From: the human T2T-CHM13v2.0 reference genome, Homo sapiens
Length of the DNA: 64,000 bases
Assembly: GCF_009914755.1 (NCBI RefSeq)
Contig: NC_060926.1
Reading direction: 5' to 3' (one strand)
Shown: one piece after another, positions 43,164 through 57,979 of the stretch
How positions within the stretch are numbered: position 1 is the stretch's first letter
Layout: each line of letters begins with the position of its first letter
The notes under the pieces: generated by a model
The model's input: only the letters and a program-made list of their open reading frames with translations
Databases searched by the model: none
Told to the model about the DNA's origin: nothing
Made by a program: the position numbers and the translations under genes

Positions 43164-44399
43164 ATTCAGAGAAATCCCATTCACTTTATCTAGAATCAGA
43201 TGTCAATATCAAGATCTATATAATTCTTCCATTTCCCCAGGAAGGGAGCTCTTACGGGGCCTGGCACCACTGAGTTGGCCAGCAATCAACTCAGGTCACT
43301 TCTGCATCATCTCTTACCCCCAGCTGCAAGCCTCTCCAGGTTTGACACTGTTTGCTGCTTTCATGCTAATATCTTTACCCATTGCTATATTAATTGATGT
43401 AATTTTCATTTGTAGTAACTTTTTTCACTTGTGAAACTCATTGAAGCTAGACCTTGAGATATCTGTTGCCTCATGGAAGATGTGCTTGGGAAGGAGACGC
43501 TAGAGGTAGCACAGGTCAGTCTGGACACCTAGAATGTGGGCAGCTGCTGCAGGCATTAGGAAAGGAAGACATCACTCCTGGCTGAGCAGGGAAAGAAGCT
43601 TTTAGGGATGTGATGGGAGTGGTGATAAATACTGAAGAGTGGAAATATGGTGAGGGGTGATCATAAGCGCTGAGGACCGAGATGCTTTGAGAACTTTCTA
43701 TTATTCTTTGGAAGCCAAATGTTTATATTCTGCTTGATTTAAAGCAGCCCACATTTGGATACGAAGGCAGGTTTCAGTGTCAGGTAGACCTGAGCTGATT
43801 TTGGCTCTGACACTTGTTAACTGCATTTCCTTGAGAAAGTTTCATAGCCTTTTGAGCATGTTTTTCATTTCCAAAATGGACAAAAATCTCTACTTAGCCG
43901 GAGAATTCCATGTAAATATTTGGCACATTGCCTTGTATAGCCTCTTACTTGGCTCATTCTCCTTCCCTGCTGAGGCACAGCATGCTACAGTCTCCTACAA
44001 TAATTGAAGTACATATCTTTCTTCCTTGATACACTAAAAGCTTCTTGGGGCAAGCAGTTCATCACTTTAATTTCACATGGTATGCTACTTTGCACATAAA
44101 GACTAAATAAATTTCAGTGAATTTGGCTAATTCCCATATTTACAGCTTCTTTTCTAAGAAGGCATGTCTAGGAAGCTGCTTTTTGACAACTTGGAGTTGG
44201 TTTCTAACTAACACAACGTCTAAGAAGCACTTGCTGGTTCAGAGCTGTGCTTCAGAATTAAGTTCACCTCACAGCTTCCACACAACTGGTGTTGATTCTT
44301 GGCCTTCTGGCCATACATCCAGATCCCAATCCATGAGTTCTACATATACTCACGTAGTGCAAAACTTCAAACTTCTCTTGCCTTCCTGGATAACTACTG

Positions 44400-44860
44400 G
44401 TTAGCCTCATCTTCTTCTCCACCCTTCCCTCTACTCGTCTCTACTTTATTTTCTTCTCATAAAGGAAGTTTTCAATATTATTTAAACAAAATATTTTCTT
44501 CCATGACTTGCTTTTGGGCATGCTGTTTCCTCAAGCAGGAAAGCCATTTCTCCACTTTTTTACTATTATCCTTTTGGGGCCTGGATAATCTACCGCCCTC
44601 TTAAAGCCCCAGCTAAAATGTTCCCTTTTCCATGGAGCACTTTCTGATTCTTCTTAAATTTCTCACATTTCCCACTGTGCCCCATAGTACTCTATACTTC
44701 CTCATTGGTTAGGATCCTATTTGAATGTAATTTTCAGTTTCTACATGTATAACTTCATAACCTTGCAGATAATGCCATGATCTATTCTTCTCAGCAGCCT
44801 CTAGATCTAACACAACACTTGACACACAGCACCTGTTCAACCAACATGGAAAAAATAATA
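44400..44860 (+). mobile_element. L2 fragment
   Basis: cagctaaaatgttcccttttccatggagcactttctgatt; acacttgacacacagcacctgttcaa. Confidence 0.5.
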
Positions 44861-45588
44861 ATAGCTCTGCCAGGTATGAAGGCCGCCACTGAAGGACCTT
44901 TGCATCTGCACAGCTCAAGGCCTTCCCAGATGCAAAATTCTTATTCCACTTTGTTTCTATATGTGTGCAGAGCCAATGTCTCCTCTTTTACTCTAATCAT
45001 CTCCCCGCAGCTCCTGTTCTGCACTTCATCAGTATTTGTCTACCCTATCCCTATCCCTGTATTCTATACTTTAGGATAGGATTGTCCCTAGCCACCTAGA
45101 GTTCCATCACACATTCAGGTATGCCATTTTACTTTGTTGTGCAGCAAAACTTCATGATCTTTAGCCTTATGGAAGAAGAAGTAGTAGAAGGAAGAGAAGG
45201 AAGGGAGGAGAAGGAAGAGAGGAAGAAAAGCAATTTGTAATCAGAGCAGATAAAACCTCCAAAGTTCATTACTCTGAGTATGTACAAGATAATTTTCTGG
45301 GTGCTAGAAGCCTTACATGCTAAGTGTCTTAGGGCACAGTGTTTCTTAAAAACTAAGTGTCTTTCCAAGCTCCTGCTTATCCACGTCTAAAAAACAAAAG
45401 GCTCTGTGAGAGAAGAGCTCTTTAAGCTTTTGTCCCAGGCTGAGCATTTACTTGTACCAAGGGCTGCAGTATAGCTTCTCACACAGTGGGGCTTTCCACA
45501 TTGGGACAAGAAGAACATAAAAACAAAAAAGTAATTTAGCCTGCTTATAATTTACTGTATTCCTCCAGTGATTGCTAATCATCAGAAT

Positions 45589-45590
<2 letters not shown>

Positions 45591-45633
<43 letters not shown>

Positions 45634-45647
45634 TGTGTGTGTGTGTG
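45591..45647. repeat. (GT)n microsatellite
   Basis: ~28 units with one interruption. Confidence 0.98.
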
Positions 45648-46378
45648 GACAAACCGTCTCTAGCAGCCTCACTTTCTCCTGTTTCTCCATCCTGAAGTCA
45701 ATGCACAGCACATTTCAACTGTGGCACAAGTTCAGGTCAGAGCAAATTCAAGGATTCAAGTTCCATGCCAGGTTTCTCTTGCCCACGAAAGCAGGAAGCT
45801 GTGGCAGGGAAAATTCACGTTCAAATCCAATGCTGTTGCTGCATAATGGATAGGAAAAGGACAACAAATTGTGGAAACTAAGACTGAAAATGGTTTCAAG
45901 CTGGAAGGCTGTTTGTTTACACGTACCTTACTTGGTTTTTTCTTTCGATTCATGATTTTCCATATTGATTATTAAGAGAAGCCACTTTCTTTTCTCCAGG
46001 GAAAAAGACCTGGGATGTATAGTTTTTCTTAGGGAGGGGTTTGTTTTAAAGAAAGTGGCATGAAAGGAAGAGAAGGGTAAATTTTAGGAGCACTAGAAAA
46101 GCCTTCTAGCTACTAGAATGACTTTATCTTCTTCATTTAATGTTTCATTGCGGAAAATGTTATATTCCACAATGGAAAATTTTCCAACCTGAAGATTTCT
46201 GAAAGAAACAAAGCGATGTTATAAATTTACACTCTCAAATGTAAATAGTTCCTGACAGAGCCATCCTTCAGCATAGATGTTAAAGAGAATAGAAGTTATT
46301 AGTCACAGGGATAAGAGGATCAAGGAAAAGAATACATTTCTCTGACTGAGGGCCCTCCAAAAGTAAACCAAACCACTT

Positions 46379-46388
46379 TGCTGAGTCA
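46379..46388. promoter_or_regulatory. ARE/MARE (AP-1-containing) motif
   Basis: tgctgagtca in unique sequence. Confidence 0.35.
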
Positions 46389-46951
46389 GTGGGCCACCAA
46401 GAGCCTGATTTAGGACACCATTTTTCCTGTGCCACAAATCACAGGATCTAAAAAAAAAAAAAAAAAAGAAAAGAAAAGCTGACTTTTTAAAATATAATTT
46501 TTCCCTTGAAAAACTAAATGTAAAAAAGAAGAGTTTTTCTCTTTTTCCTATGACTGCAACTACTTTACCACAACGCCAGTGGGTAGAGCAAGAAAAAATA
46601 ATTTTCAGTTGTGGTAAGCACGCCAAAACGATTTACAAAGAAAGATTGCAAAACATAATCACTGTACATTCTGACGGATAAGTGAAAAAAGTTCTGGAAT
46701 TTTCTTCAATAGAAAATGTTAAGAGGACAATATATTGTCAATTGGTAAGGTTCTTTTTGGGGAAAACTGAATACAGGCAGCAACATAAATCCAATGATTT
46801 AAGATTTCTATCTCAACACATTTTGAAAATCTCCACCTCTATGCTTTTATCATTTTAAAAATTAAAATTCTTCTATTTTTCAAAATGTATCTTTTTCATA
46901 AGTTTATTCTTATTCTATTCTTTTTATAAAGATTTAATTGCTTACTATAGA

Positions 46952-47136
46952 GCAGTAGTACTCAGATTTTAGTGTGTAAAAGAAAGAAGTGAGGGGCTTA
47001 TTTAAGAGAGACATTCGGAGGCCTGATGCCTAGAGAGTTTAATTTTAAACTTTCTGGAATGGTCCAGAAATCTATATTTTATTAGTTATCCAAGTGATTC
47101 TGAAGGAAGCAGTAAGATCTACTTTGAAAGGTCCAC
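46952..47136. mobile_element. hAT-Charlie MER5A-like
   Basis: cagtagtactcagattttagtgtg...aagtgattctga...actttgaaa. Confidence 0.55.
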
Positions 47137-47426
47137 TTTGAAAGCATAACTGATTCCTCTGAACTCCTTAAAAGAATGGAGAGGAATATCTTAGAGTCAT
47201 AACCTACTTAAGACTAAAACTTTTAAGAAGGCAAATCCTCAAGACCCACTTGCCCGATTTTCCAAATAACAATTTCCAAAAGGTAGAGGATACAGGTCAA
47301 TGTGACTTGGCTATCTGTATTTACTGATCGATAATTACCAAAGTTAGGCCCCTGTCCTCACACAGACTGGGAAAGAGGGGCTCTGTCTGTCTTGATGATG
47401 GCCTGTTAAGGGGATGGCTCCCAGAC

Positions 47427-47737
47427 TTTTTTCTTTTTCTTTTCTTTTTTTTTTTTTTTTTTTTTTTGAGATGGAGTCTCGCTCTGTAACCCAGGCTGGA
47501 GTGCAGTGGCATAATCTTGGCTCATGGGACCTCTGCCTCTGGGGTTCGAGTGATTCTCTCATCTCAGCCTCCCGAGTAGCTGGGATCCACCACGCCTGGC
47601 TAATTTTTTGTATTTTTAGTAGAGACGGGGTTTCATCATGTTGGCCAGGCTGGTCTCAAACTCCTAACCTCAAGTTATCTGCCTGCCTCAGTCTATGAAA
47701 ATGCTGGGATTACAGGCGTGAGCCACCATGCCCGGCT
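47427..47737 (-). mobile_element. AluS SINE
   Basis: Long poly-T; TSD-like ggctcccagacttt/ggctcgaggcttt. Confidence 0.96.
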
Positions 47738-48018
47738 GGCTCGAGGCTTTCGAGAAAGACATTCCTGAGTTGTAGAAAATGTACAAAAGGGTAGAATTTA
47801 CAGTTGTAAATTTTCTCAGGTAAATGTTCTAAGAAAATGGAGATCAGGTATTTAAAGTGAGGAAGAACCCTGTCTAGAGTTTAGTCAAGCTGAGAGGCCG
47901 TAAGACTGCCTTTGTCACCTCTGCCTTCCTTATGGCCTGTGCCCTTTGCCTCCCTACTCTGACAAGAAACCAACTCTGCCTACATGACTGTGGTGCTTAG
48001 GTTCCTCTCCATTTCTAA

Positions 48019-48296
48019 AAATTTAATTTTTAAAATTTATTGATGCACAATAATTGTACATATTTATGGGATGCAATCTAATGTTTCAAGACATGTATAT
48101 ATATATTATAATGTCAGATGGTAGAACGTGAGAGTAGAATAATGATTACCAGAGGATAAAGAGGGCAACAGGAAAGGGGGTACTGGGAGAGGTTAGTCAA
48201 TGGGTACAAAGTTACCACGAGAAAGGAAGAATAAGTTTTGGTATTCCATTGTGCAGTAGGGTGACTACAGCCAATAACAATGCAGTGTGTAATCTT
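48019..48296 (-). mobile_element. Short L1MA 3' end with inverted 5' segment
   Basis: Antisense aataattgtacatatttatggg to ~48120, then sense gagagtagaataatgattaccagagg; TSD tctccatttctaa/tctccatttttaa. Confidence 0.8.
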
Positions 48297-49239
48297 TCTC
48301 CATTTTTAAGAAGCCTTAGAGTAGTGGCCCGGAGCTTCCTACCCTGCTTCCTCAGCTTCCATTAATTCTTCTTAGCAGAGAAAATCTCCAAAAGTGGAAT
48401 TTGCCTACTCAAGAGTGACAATGAATAATCGCTGTTAATGATGAGTGCTTTACCAGCAGATCTTTAACCTCCATACAGTTGAGTAAATTAAACTTGGAGA
48501 GTTTCTAATGAAGAAAATTTGAAAGCTAATGTACTACATGCTGCCTAAAACTGCTGATTCTGTGACAACAGCAGATGATCATTCTCTGCTGGTGCTATTC
48601 AGTGTCTGCAGTAAGATATAGACCACACTCTTCATATAATCACCATAATGTCTAGAATAAATGGAGGATATTTTACTGATGACAGATGTAACTTTTCTTG
48701 CAGCTCCTTCAAAGAAGATAAAAAGGTTTTGGATTATTACAAAATAATATTTAAACAATATTATTTTTTTATATATAATATGAACAGTTATATAACAGTC
48801 TTGGTAGAATGGCAGGTTGAAGGCAGCAGGTTCAAATGCCAGCTGGCTAGCTGCAAAAGGAACAAAAAACAAAAAACAAAAAACAAATTATTATAAACCA
48901 CTAGGAAACCACGACTGTCAAAGACAACCTCAGTCAGCTGAGAAAAGTCCAATTTCTAGAAATGTCTTTGTGCTTCTTCTCCTTTTACTGGAGGTTTCTT
49001 TCTTGCAGAAAAGTAATAAAATGATTATGATTTGAGATTGAGATGAATTATCAATTCATCAGGGTGTATGTTTAATGTGATATACTTGCACTAATGGTAT
49101 GTGCTTTTAATTAGAGAGCTAGTCTCAAGGCAAGAGAAAATTCATTTTCCCAATAAAAATATTTTATACCCAGGATATGGTACCTTAAAAACCTTAATGA
49201 ACTCTGAGGCTGACATTACAGCAATTAAAATATGAGTGA

Positions 49240-49663
<424 letters not shown>

Positions 49664-50126
49664 TGAAAGCTAATTTTCATAAAGTGACAATGGGCCTCTC
49701 CAGCTCTGGCTGATACACAAATATTGTTTTCACTTAGGAACTGAGTATTTCTTGAAGCGGGTTAATAAGGGTTTTACAGAAGGCTGGTGAATTATCTGGA
49801 GGCAATTTTACAATTTAGAGAACAAGTGATTATGTCTATTTAGTGATGAATGGGGCAGAATTGACATTCTCAAAAGACAGGGCAATAGGATTCTAGTCAG
49901 TAAGCTTTGCTCAGTGGACGCTTTCACCTGGAGTTTTAGAGAAACTAGCTAAGTACAGTGACTTTTCTACATGTCAATATGATAAATATTTGTTAAATGT
50001 TACTGTGTAAACAGCACCCAATTAGTCACTGGTACACAATTTGCTTCTCTCGTTCACCTGTGTCTCAGTAAATATCACATTCATTCACCTGGCCACTCAA
50101 GCCGAAGCTTCAAAATTGTCCTGTGT

Positions 50127-50599
50127 TTTTCTTTTTTAAATTTGTAAAAAATACGTGTGGGTGCATAGTAGGTGTATACATTTATATGGGCTATATGAGA
50201 TATTTTGATACAGTCATGCCATGTGTAATTATCACGTTGGGGTAAAAATGGAATATCCGTCTCCTCAAGCATTTATCTTTTGTGTTTCCAACAATTAATT
50301 ATACTCTTTTAGTTATTTTTAAATGTACTAAATTATTTTTTACTAGAGTCACCTGTTATGCTAGTGAATACCAGTTCTTATCCATTCTAATTAATTTTTT
50401 GTACCTATTAACCATCTCCGCTTACCTCCCAACCGCCCCCACCACACCCCACTACCCTTCCCAGCCTTTCCATAACCACCCTTCTACTCTCTGTCTCCAT
50501 GAGTTCAAATGTTTTAATTTTTAGTTGCCACAGAGAAGTCGAATGTATGATGTTTGTTGTTCTGTACCTGGTTATTTCACTTAGCATAATGACCTGCAG
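50127..50599 (-). mobile_element. L1MA (L1MA2-4-like) 3' end
   Basis: gtgggtgcatagtaggtgtatac...ccatgagttcaaatgttttaatttt. Confidence 0.85.
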
Positions 50600-50619
50600 A
50601 GTTGCCCTTAACCATAGTT

Positions 50620-51445
50620 GTCCTTAATCCTCCCTCCCTTCACACTTGCATATCCAGTATATCAGCGAGCCCTATTGACAGTGCCCTCAAAATGTAACCT
50701 GAATCTGTGCAGTTCTCCCTAGTGCCACTGCCACCAGCCCAATCCAAGCTACTAGTATTTCTAATCCAGGCTACACTAATAATTTGCTTACAGATCTCCC
50801 TGTTCCCATTCTTGTTCTTTCTTTATAATCCATTCTCTACAGTCAGTGGAATTGTTTTAATGTCATAAATCAGATCATGCCACTACTCTGCTTAATACCT
50901 TCTAAAATTTCCTTTTTGCCTTTAGGATAAAATCTAATCTTTGTATCAGGTCTGCATTACCCCACATGATCTGACCCTTGCTCACTTCTTCAATTTTATC
51001 TTGTGCCGTTTTCTCATTTCTCCTTTGCCTCATTCATGCTGACCTTTCAATTCCTAAAACACATTAAGTAAGTTCCTCTCTCAGAACTTTTGCTAGATAA
51101 TGTCCTAGCCTAATTCATGATGGGGTGCCCCTTTCCCATCATTCAAGTCGTAGAGCAAATGTTTCCCTCATAGGTAGTTATTCCCTAATCACCTTATCTT
51201 CTTAAATATATACTTAAAGACACCTTCAATCACTGGGTTTTTTCCCTTCAGAACATGAATAACTACCTATAATAAGGTTATTTACTTGTTTGCTTTTTTG
51301 TCTTTTTTAGTGAAAGACTTTTGTCTTTCACTAAATTTTAGGAGCCGAGTTCTAATCTGTTTAATTCACAGATATTTCAAGTGCCTCAAATGCTGCATGG
51401 CACATATGAAGTCTTCAATAAATTTTACTGACTCAATTAATGAAG
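50620..51445 (+). mobile_element. L2 fragment
   Basis: cataaatcagatcatgccactactctgctta; tggcacatatgaagtcttcaataaat. Confidence 0.7.
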
Positions 51446-52104
51446 TTGGCCTATAATAAATAGAAAGCCTAAAAGAATTATTCAGAAGGCAAGCATCACG
51501 TTAAGGTCAATCTGACAGCCTAACTCCCTACATACCTGGTGTTGAGAGGCAATACAGAGGTTAAGAAACCCAGGCTTGTTTGTTTTCATTTCAGTGAAAA
51601 CGGGACAAATAAATAGGATAAATGGCATGCATCATGTATTAAATGTCCCTCTATATAGCTCTTTAGTCCCTTGTGCTAATGTATCTATACATACAATTAC
51701 TGGGTCAAAATGCACTTGAATAGTAAATTTGTCACAGATATGATCAAATTGTCCTCAAAAGAAAAGGCGTTCTCACAAATGTATGGACTATTTCTGGATG
51801 GATACACAAAATGTACTAAGATTACTAGTCTGTGAGCTGTCAAACTAGGGATCTGGTAGGGGAAAGATGTTGATTCTTTCACTGTATGTTTTCCTATTAT
51901 TTCATATTCAAACCCAATATATTACATATTTTTTAAAACTTTTAAAACTGCCTGACTCTTTTGAGACCACTCCCTATAACCATATGGAATATTCTTTTGT
52001 GCATCTTTGGAAGCCCACCCTCAGCAAGCCTGGCATACGGGACTCTATAGAGGAACTGCACTGGTACTACAAAAGTTCTTGCCTTGGGCTAGTCACCAGC
52101 TTCG

Positions 52105-52373
52105 TGTTATGAAATTAATATGTTGAGGACCTAAACCCTGATGTGATGGTATTTGGATATGGGGCCTTTGGTGGAGCCCCCATGAGGGGATTAATGCCTT
52201 TATAAAAAGAGGAAGAGTGAGATCACTCTCTCTACTGTGTAAGGACACAGTAAGAATGTGCCATCTGCGAGCTGAGGGCCCTCACCAGAGCCCGATTATG
52301 CTGGCACTCTGATCTTGGACTTCCAGCCTCCAGAAGGGTAGAGCTGCCACGAAATAAATTTATTTTGCTCAAA
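52105..52373 (+). mobile_element. MaLR LTR fragment (MLT1A/MSTD-like)
   Basis: gtgatggtatttgga...gctggcactctgatcttggacttccagcctccaga. Confidence 0.75.
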
Positions 52374-52389
52374 AGAAAAATCAACTCCT

Positions 52390-52610
52390 CCAGGCTTTGG
52401 ATCCAGAAAAGCTGAAGTCCTAGTTCTGACACATGCTAATCGCTGCCCTTGGGACAAGTTGTGAAACTTTCCAGAGACTCAATTTTCTCATTTGCAATAT
52501 AGAGATGATAGTATCTGCTTCATTGGATTACTGATAATTGAAAGAACTGATAGTATATAAAGTGTATAGCACAAAGTTTTACATTAAGAGCTCTGAAATT
52601 ATTATTATGT
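52390..52610 (+). mobile_element. MIR SINE
   Basis: cttgggacaagttgtgaaac...ctcaattttctcatttgcaatatagagatgata. Confidence 0.65.
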
Positions 52611-53112
52611 GACTATTATTCCATTTTTCTAATGTTTCCAACATTCTTTTCTACCCTAACCATCATTAAGTGATGTTAACTAATCCACAAGAGTTTCCTG
52701 TGTACACATTGTTGTGATGATGGTGAAGATGGAATGAAGAGAAGAAAAGTAAAAGGAAGCTTTTAGAAAAGCTGGAACCAAGATTCTGCTTCAGAAACCA
52801 CTGCCAGCTCTGTGGAGCCTGTCAAGGGCAGTGGATCTAATCTTTATTGAAAAGAACTTCAGGCAAACCTCCTGAAAGCGACTGTGTGTCCCCTCAGTCT
52901 CATCCCTACATTGAGAAAATTGTGCCATCGGTTCTTTCTCAGATGCTGACAGCTTATTGTATGGGGCTATTAAGAGAGTAACCAAGGCAGAGACAGACAG
53001 GAAAATGACAGGACGCTCTTTATGATACAACCAGAACTAACTGCTTCCCAACACAGAGGCCCATGTGGAAAGGCAATGAATTAAGAATAACCTTTGCAAG
53101 ATCTATTTTTAA

Positions 53113-53742
<630 letters not shown>

Positions 53743-54694
53743 AAGCTTCAGGTTTTTTATCGGAAATAGTTACAATTTGTAACCTTGTAGGAGACTACCT
53801 TAACAGTCATAACCATTAGTTCATTACACAAAATACAGGTTTGTTGGTGGGAAATGGTTCAGTTGGTGCTTTCCTGTTACTAAGTTGCCGACACCATCCC
53901 TCCAAATACGGAATCTATAACTTGACAGTGATGGAGGACAAGGGCACTCAAAGCTCAGCTCCCTCCACACTGGTTGCCATGACTACAACCTCATGGACCC
54001 TTCATTTCACAACTAGGCAACGTCCACAGCTTTTGAATCAAAACTAGCTTATTCCATTTTCATTTGAGTCAGATCTAACTGAATTCTTACATGCCTTGTC
54101 AAAAACAATAGTTTTGCTCTTAGTATAACATCATGTTTTGTTTAAAAAAACAAGCCCCTTTTTGTCCCCAAGAGTCTATTATAGTTCTGCCTCCCAGAGA
54201 CTGAGAAAATACATCATTGTATGACCTGTAAAGTCTGAATTGCTTAAAATCAGCTACATTTTTCAGGCCATCTTAGACATAGGTTACCATACAAACTTTG
54301 TACAGATACTCAGAAAGTACAGATTTTGCATTTCCATTTATATTTAAAAACCACAACCATGACGCAAAGATTCTTTTAAAATCTCATCAAACAATACTTT
54401 TTAATACCAATCCCTTTTGTCTCTATCTGGACATGCAAGGCACTAACCAGAATAGAAAAATACGTTTCAATTCCATGAAAGTACAAATAAGTGAAATAAA
54501 TCTAGTATAGCCAGTTCTTGGCCCTCACCAGTACCTGTGCCACCACACCAGCTATGAAGTGCCATAACTTTGTTAATCCCGTAGGCAAATAAAATAAATA
54601 CACCACCAAGATACCTCCAAACTATTGCTCCTAGTACAGCAGAAAGAGGAGAGGTACTGAATTATTTTAAAACCAAAAATTTATGCATCTCTTT

Positions 54695-55740
54695 ACTCAT
54701 TCATATACTTAACAATTGCTTGTAGATTATCTACTATGTGCCAGGCACTGAACTGAGTCTGGGGCATGGTTCTTTATCGAAAGAGGCATACAGTCTATTC
54801 TAAAATTTGACCAGTAAGCAAACTTAAAACTGCCCATGATAATAGCTAAAATGAGGCTTGAGGAAGAAAAATACTGTGATAGCCCAAACATACAACCACA
54901 AGAAAAACCAGGAATTTGCACAATGGGTGTTTGGGCTGATTTCTGAATAGAAAATTGGGGTTTGGCCAGTGGAAAAGGAGTGAAGGGCTACTTCAGATGA
55001 GAAGCATATGCACGGCCAAGAGGTGTGAAGCAGTAGAGTGTACTCACTTCCAGGGGCACTGAGTGATACAAGTGAAGATTCAGCAGGATAAGTAGAGATG
55101 CCAGGTCACAGAGGTCCTGTGTGCACACAAATACAAGTGCTGAGGACCAGACAGTGGAGAAACTTGGGAAGTGATGGGATCTGATTTGTGTTTTAGAATC
55201 ACGATCCTTTGTGTAGAGGGTAAGACATTATAAGGATACACTGGAGTGGGGGAAGTCGCGAGCCAAGGAGTTATTATAATAGTCCATGTGAGAGGTGATA
55301 GGGGCCAGTTCAGATGGGGATGAAGAGGAGGTGACACATGCAAGAAATATTCAAGAAATACAACTAATAAGAATTAAATAAATAAGCTAGAGGGAGCAAA
55401 GGAAAAGGAAGCAATGATGACACCTTGGCTGTTGAGTTTCAGTGTTCCTGTGAATGATGGTACAATTGGTTGTACATTAAAGGTGCAATTATGACTCATC
55501 TAGCACAAGTTGAACTTCGAGATGTCGAGGATTAAAGATAACATACTGGATCTCAGTAGAAAACTTTGATCTAGGGACACAGATGTAGGTGTTATCAAAT
55601 GTAACTGATACTGAACTTCAAAATGAAGAGAAGGAAAAAATAAGGACTAAAGTCTGCAATATTAGGTTCACTGTTATTAAGGAAGTCAAAAGAGAGAGAA
55701 GATGCAGCAAAGGTTACACAAGGCAGTTAAGAGAAAAAAA
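54695..55740 (-). mobile_element. L2 fragment
   Basis: ctactatgtgccaggcactgaactgag; atctgatttgtgttttagaatcacgatc. Confidence 0.75.
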
Positions 55741-56828
55741 TAAGATTAAATAGTGAGAAAGAAAAGCAGTTAGTACTCACATTCAGGATATCTCAAACCT
55801 GCTATGCCACTGTCATTAATTGTGATGCGCACATATCCTGTGTTACCACACTTAATGCAATCCAAAGAAGTATATGTATTTGCCATCCTAAGAGGCAAAC
55901 AAGTTTGTGTCTCAGTTTCACACCGTGGATCTGAAATCTTTCAACAAAAATAGCAACTCTGAGCTTTACAACTGCTGAGCCAGGGCACTTTATTAGGTCC
56001 AGCAGCAGGATATTACTGTGGGCACCTGCATTCTAGTCCTATTTATGATACAAAACGCTTTATACCAACACATAGCTTCTCTGTCACCTGCATTCTCTGT
56101 GGCCATCATTCCATTCTATAGACGCCCCTGGAAAATGTACAGCTCGTATGTCAAAAAAAAGTTATTAGGATTCTACCGGTAAAACTCTAGTTTAGGGGTC
56201 TTACAAGTTTTATGATTGATATAATTGGAACAGAAATAGAATGGGACCACTGATAATTTAGCATGCTCTGCTCCATCCCATTTCTTTTCCCATGTAAATA
56301 ATTTCTATTTTATTAAATAATTTATATTTATTTAAATAATTTAGATAATGATAATTAGTAAACATAATAAATTTGTATTAGGAAAGTACAGAAATAATCT
56401 CTTAATGTTTAAGAGAGGGGCACATAAAATATCAATTTACCGTGAATTATTTTTATAGCATACTTGACAAGTATATTTTAAAGGAAAAACCAGAATACAA
56501 TTGAGCAAAATGACACATACTAATGTGACTGAGAGAACTGGAGAAATAGATATGACCGGGAGTAGAAAGTGAGTTTATCTCAGGAAAGAGAAATTATACT
56601 TGAGTCCAGGAATATTTAGATTATGGAAATGTGATAATTAGAACATGATAGGATAAAGCAAGCCTCTAGCAGTAACTATGGAATGTTTGAGCAAGTGTAC
56701 TGTGTAAATCCAAGTTAATATCCTGAGATGGGAGGCCAGTTCAGGTCCATTCCTGAAATAGAAGACATATCTTAACAACTTTATTACCATCACTTTTAAT
56801 GGATTACATTTAAGAAATAGATGAATAT

Positions 56829-57122
56829 GGCCAGGCACGGGGGCTCATGCCTGTAATCCCAGCACTTTAGGAGCTGAGGCAGGTGGATTACTTGAGCTCA
56901 GGGGTTCGAGACCAGCCTGGCCAACATGGAAAAACCCTGTCTGTACTAAAAATACAAACATTGGCCAGGTGTGGTGGCATATGCCTACAGTTCCAGCTAC
57001 TTGGTAGACTGTGGGAGAATCACTTGAACCCAGAAAGTGGAGGTTTCAGTAAGCCAAGATCCTGCTACCACATTCCAGCCTGGGCTACAGAGTGGGACCC
57101 TGTCAGAAAAAAAAAAAAAGAA
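56829..57122 (+). mobile_element. Alu (old S/J)
   Basis: Full dimer; TSD-like aaatagatgaatat/aagtagatgatat. Confidence 0.95.
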
Positions 57123-57979
57123 AAGTAGATGATATGAACAACATCCATCTCATTGCACTTCTTCTTGATAAGAATTAAATAAATAAGCTAGAGGGAGCAT
57201 AATTTAGCCAGAATAAGCTTTCTGCTAAATCATTTGTACAATTGCTTATTGCAGGCTCACAATTACTTATCACAGAGCTTTCCAACACAGGTCCCTTCAG
57301 TGAGTTACAGGTATGCCAAGGCATGGATCCTCTCTGCTCAGGAACAGTCTGGCCGGCCCAGTTAGGTAATGTCTCAGTATGAACAGCCTCCTCTATTTAC
57401 CCGTAACTGCTGTATAAGTATTATCTTTATGTATACCATGATGTGAATGAATGGATGAAAAAATAAATAAGTGGAAAGACCAATACATCAGATGAGAAAT
57501 AGTGAATTAAAATAAACCAGTTAAGAACTCCAAACTGAAGGAACTCCAAAATGTTTGTTTTTCTTGTTGTTATTGACTTGGAATCAATATAAATCTTGAG
57601 AATAAAAGGGGAAGAAGGGTGGAGAAACCAAGAGAGTTTATGACACTTAAAAATTATATAACTAACATAAAACCAGAAAGCAGTAGTTTCCAAGCTGAAA
57701 TACTGTCATTCAAGTCAAGTCCTCAACCCAATACAAACTTGTAATTGAGGCATTTGACAACTCTCTATTACCTTTTTCCTCTTCACTGCATTTATTTCTC
57801 ATCCCTTACTGCCTAAATCTTCCCACTCACAACCAGCTAATCCGTTAACATTTCTCTCCTACTAAACCTTCTCTTTCTTGTACACATTCTTTGACAGGTT
57901 ATATTTTCTGTTTACAATCTTTGCTCTACCTGGTTGATCAATTTGCCAACAAGAAGTCAGAAACGTAAAGTAGGCCAGA

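Noticed and set aside
48579-49035. Overlapping ORFs in unique sequence
   Set aside because: Short, low-complexity, no homology recognised
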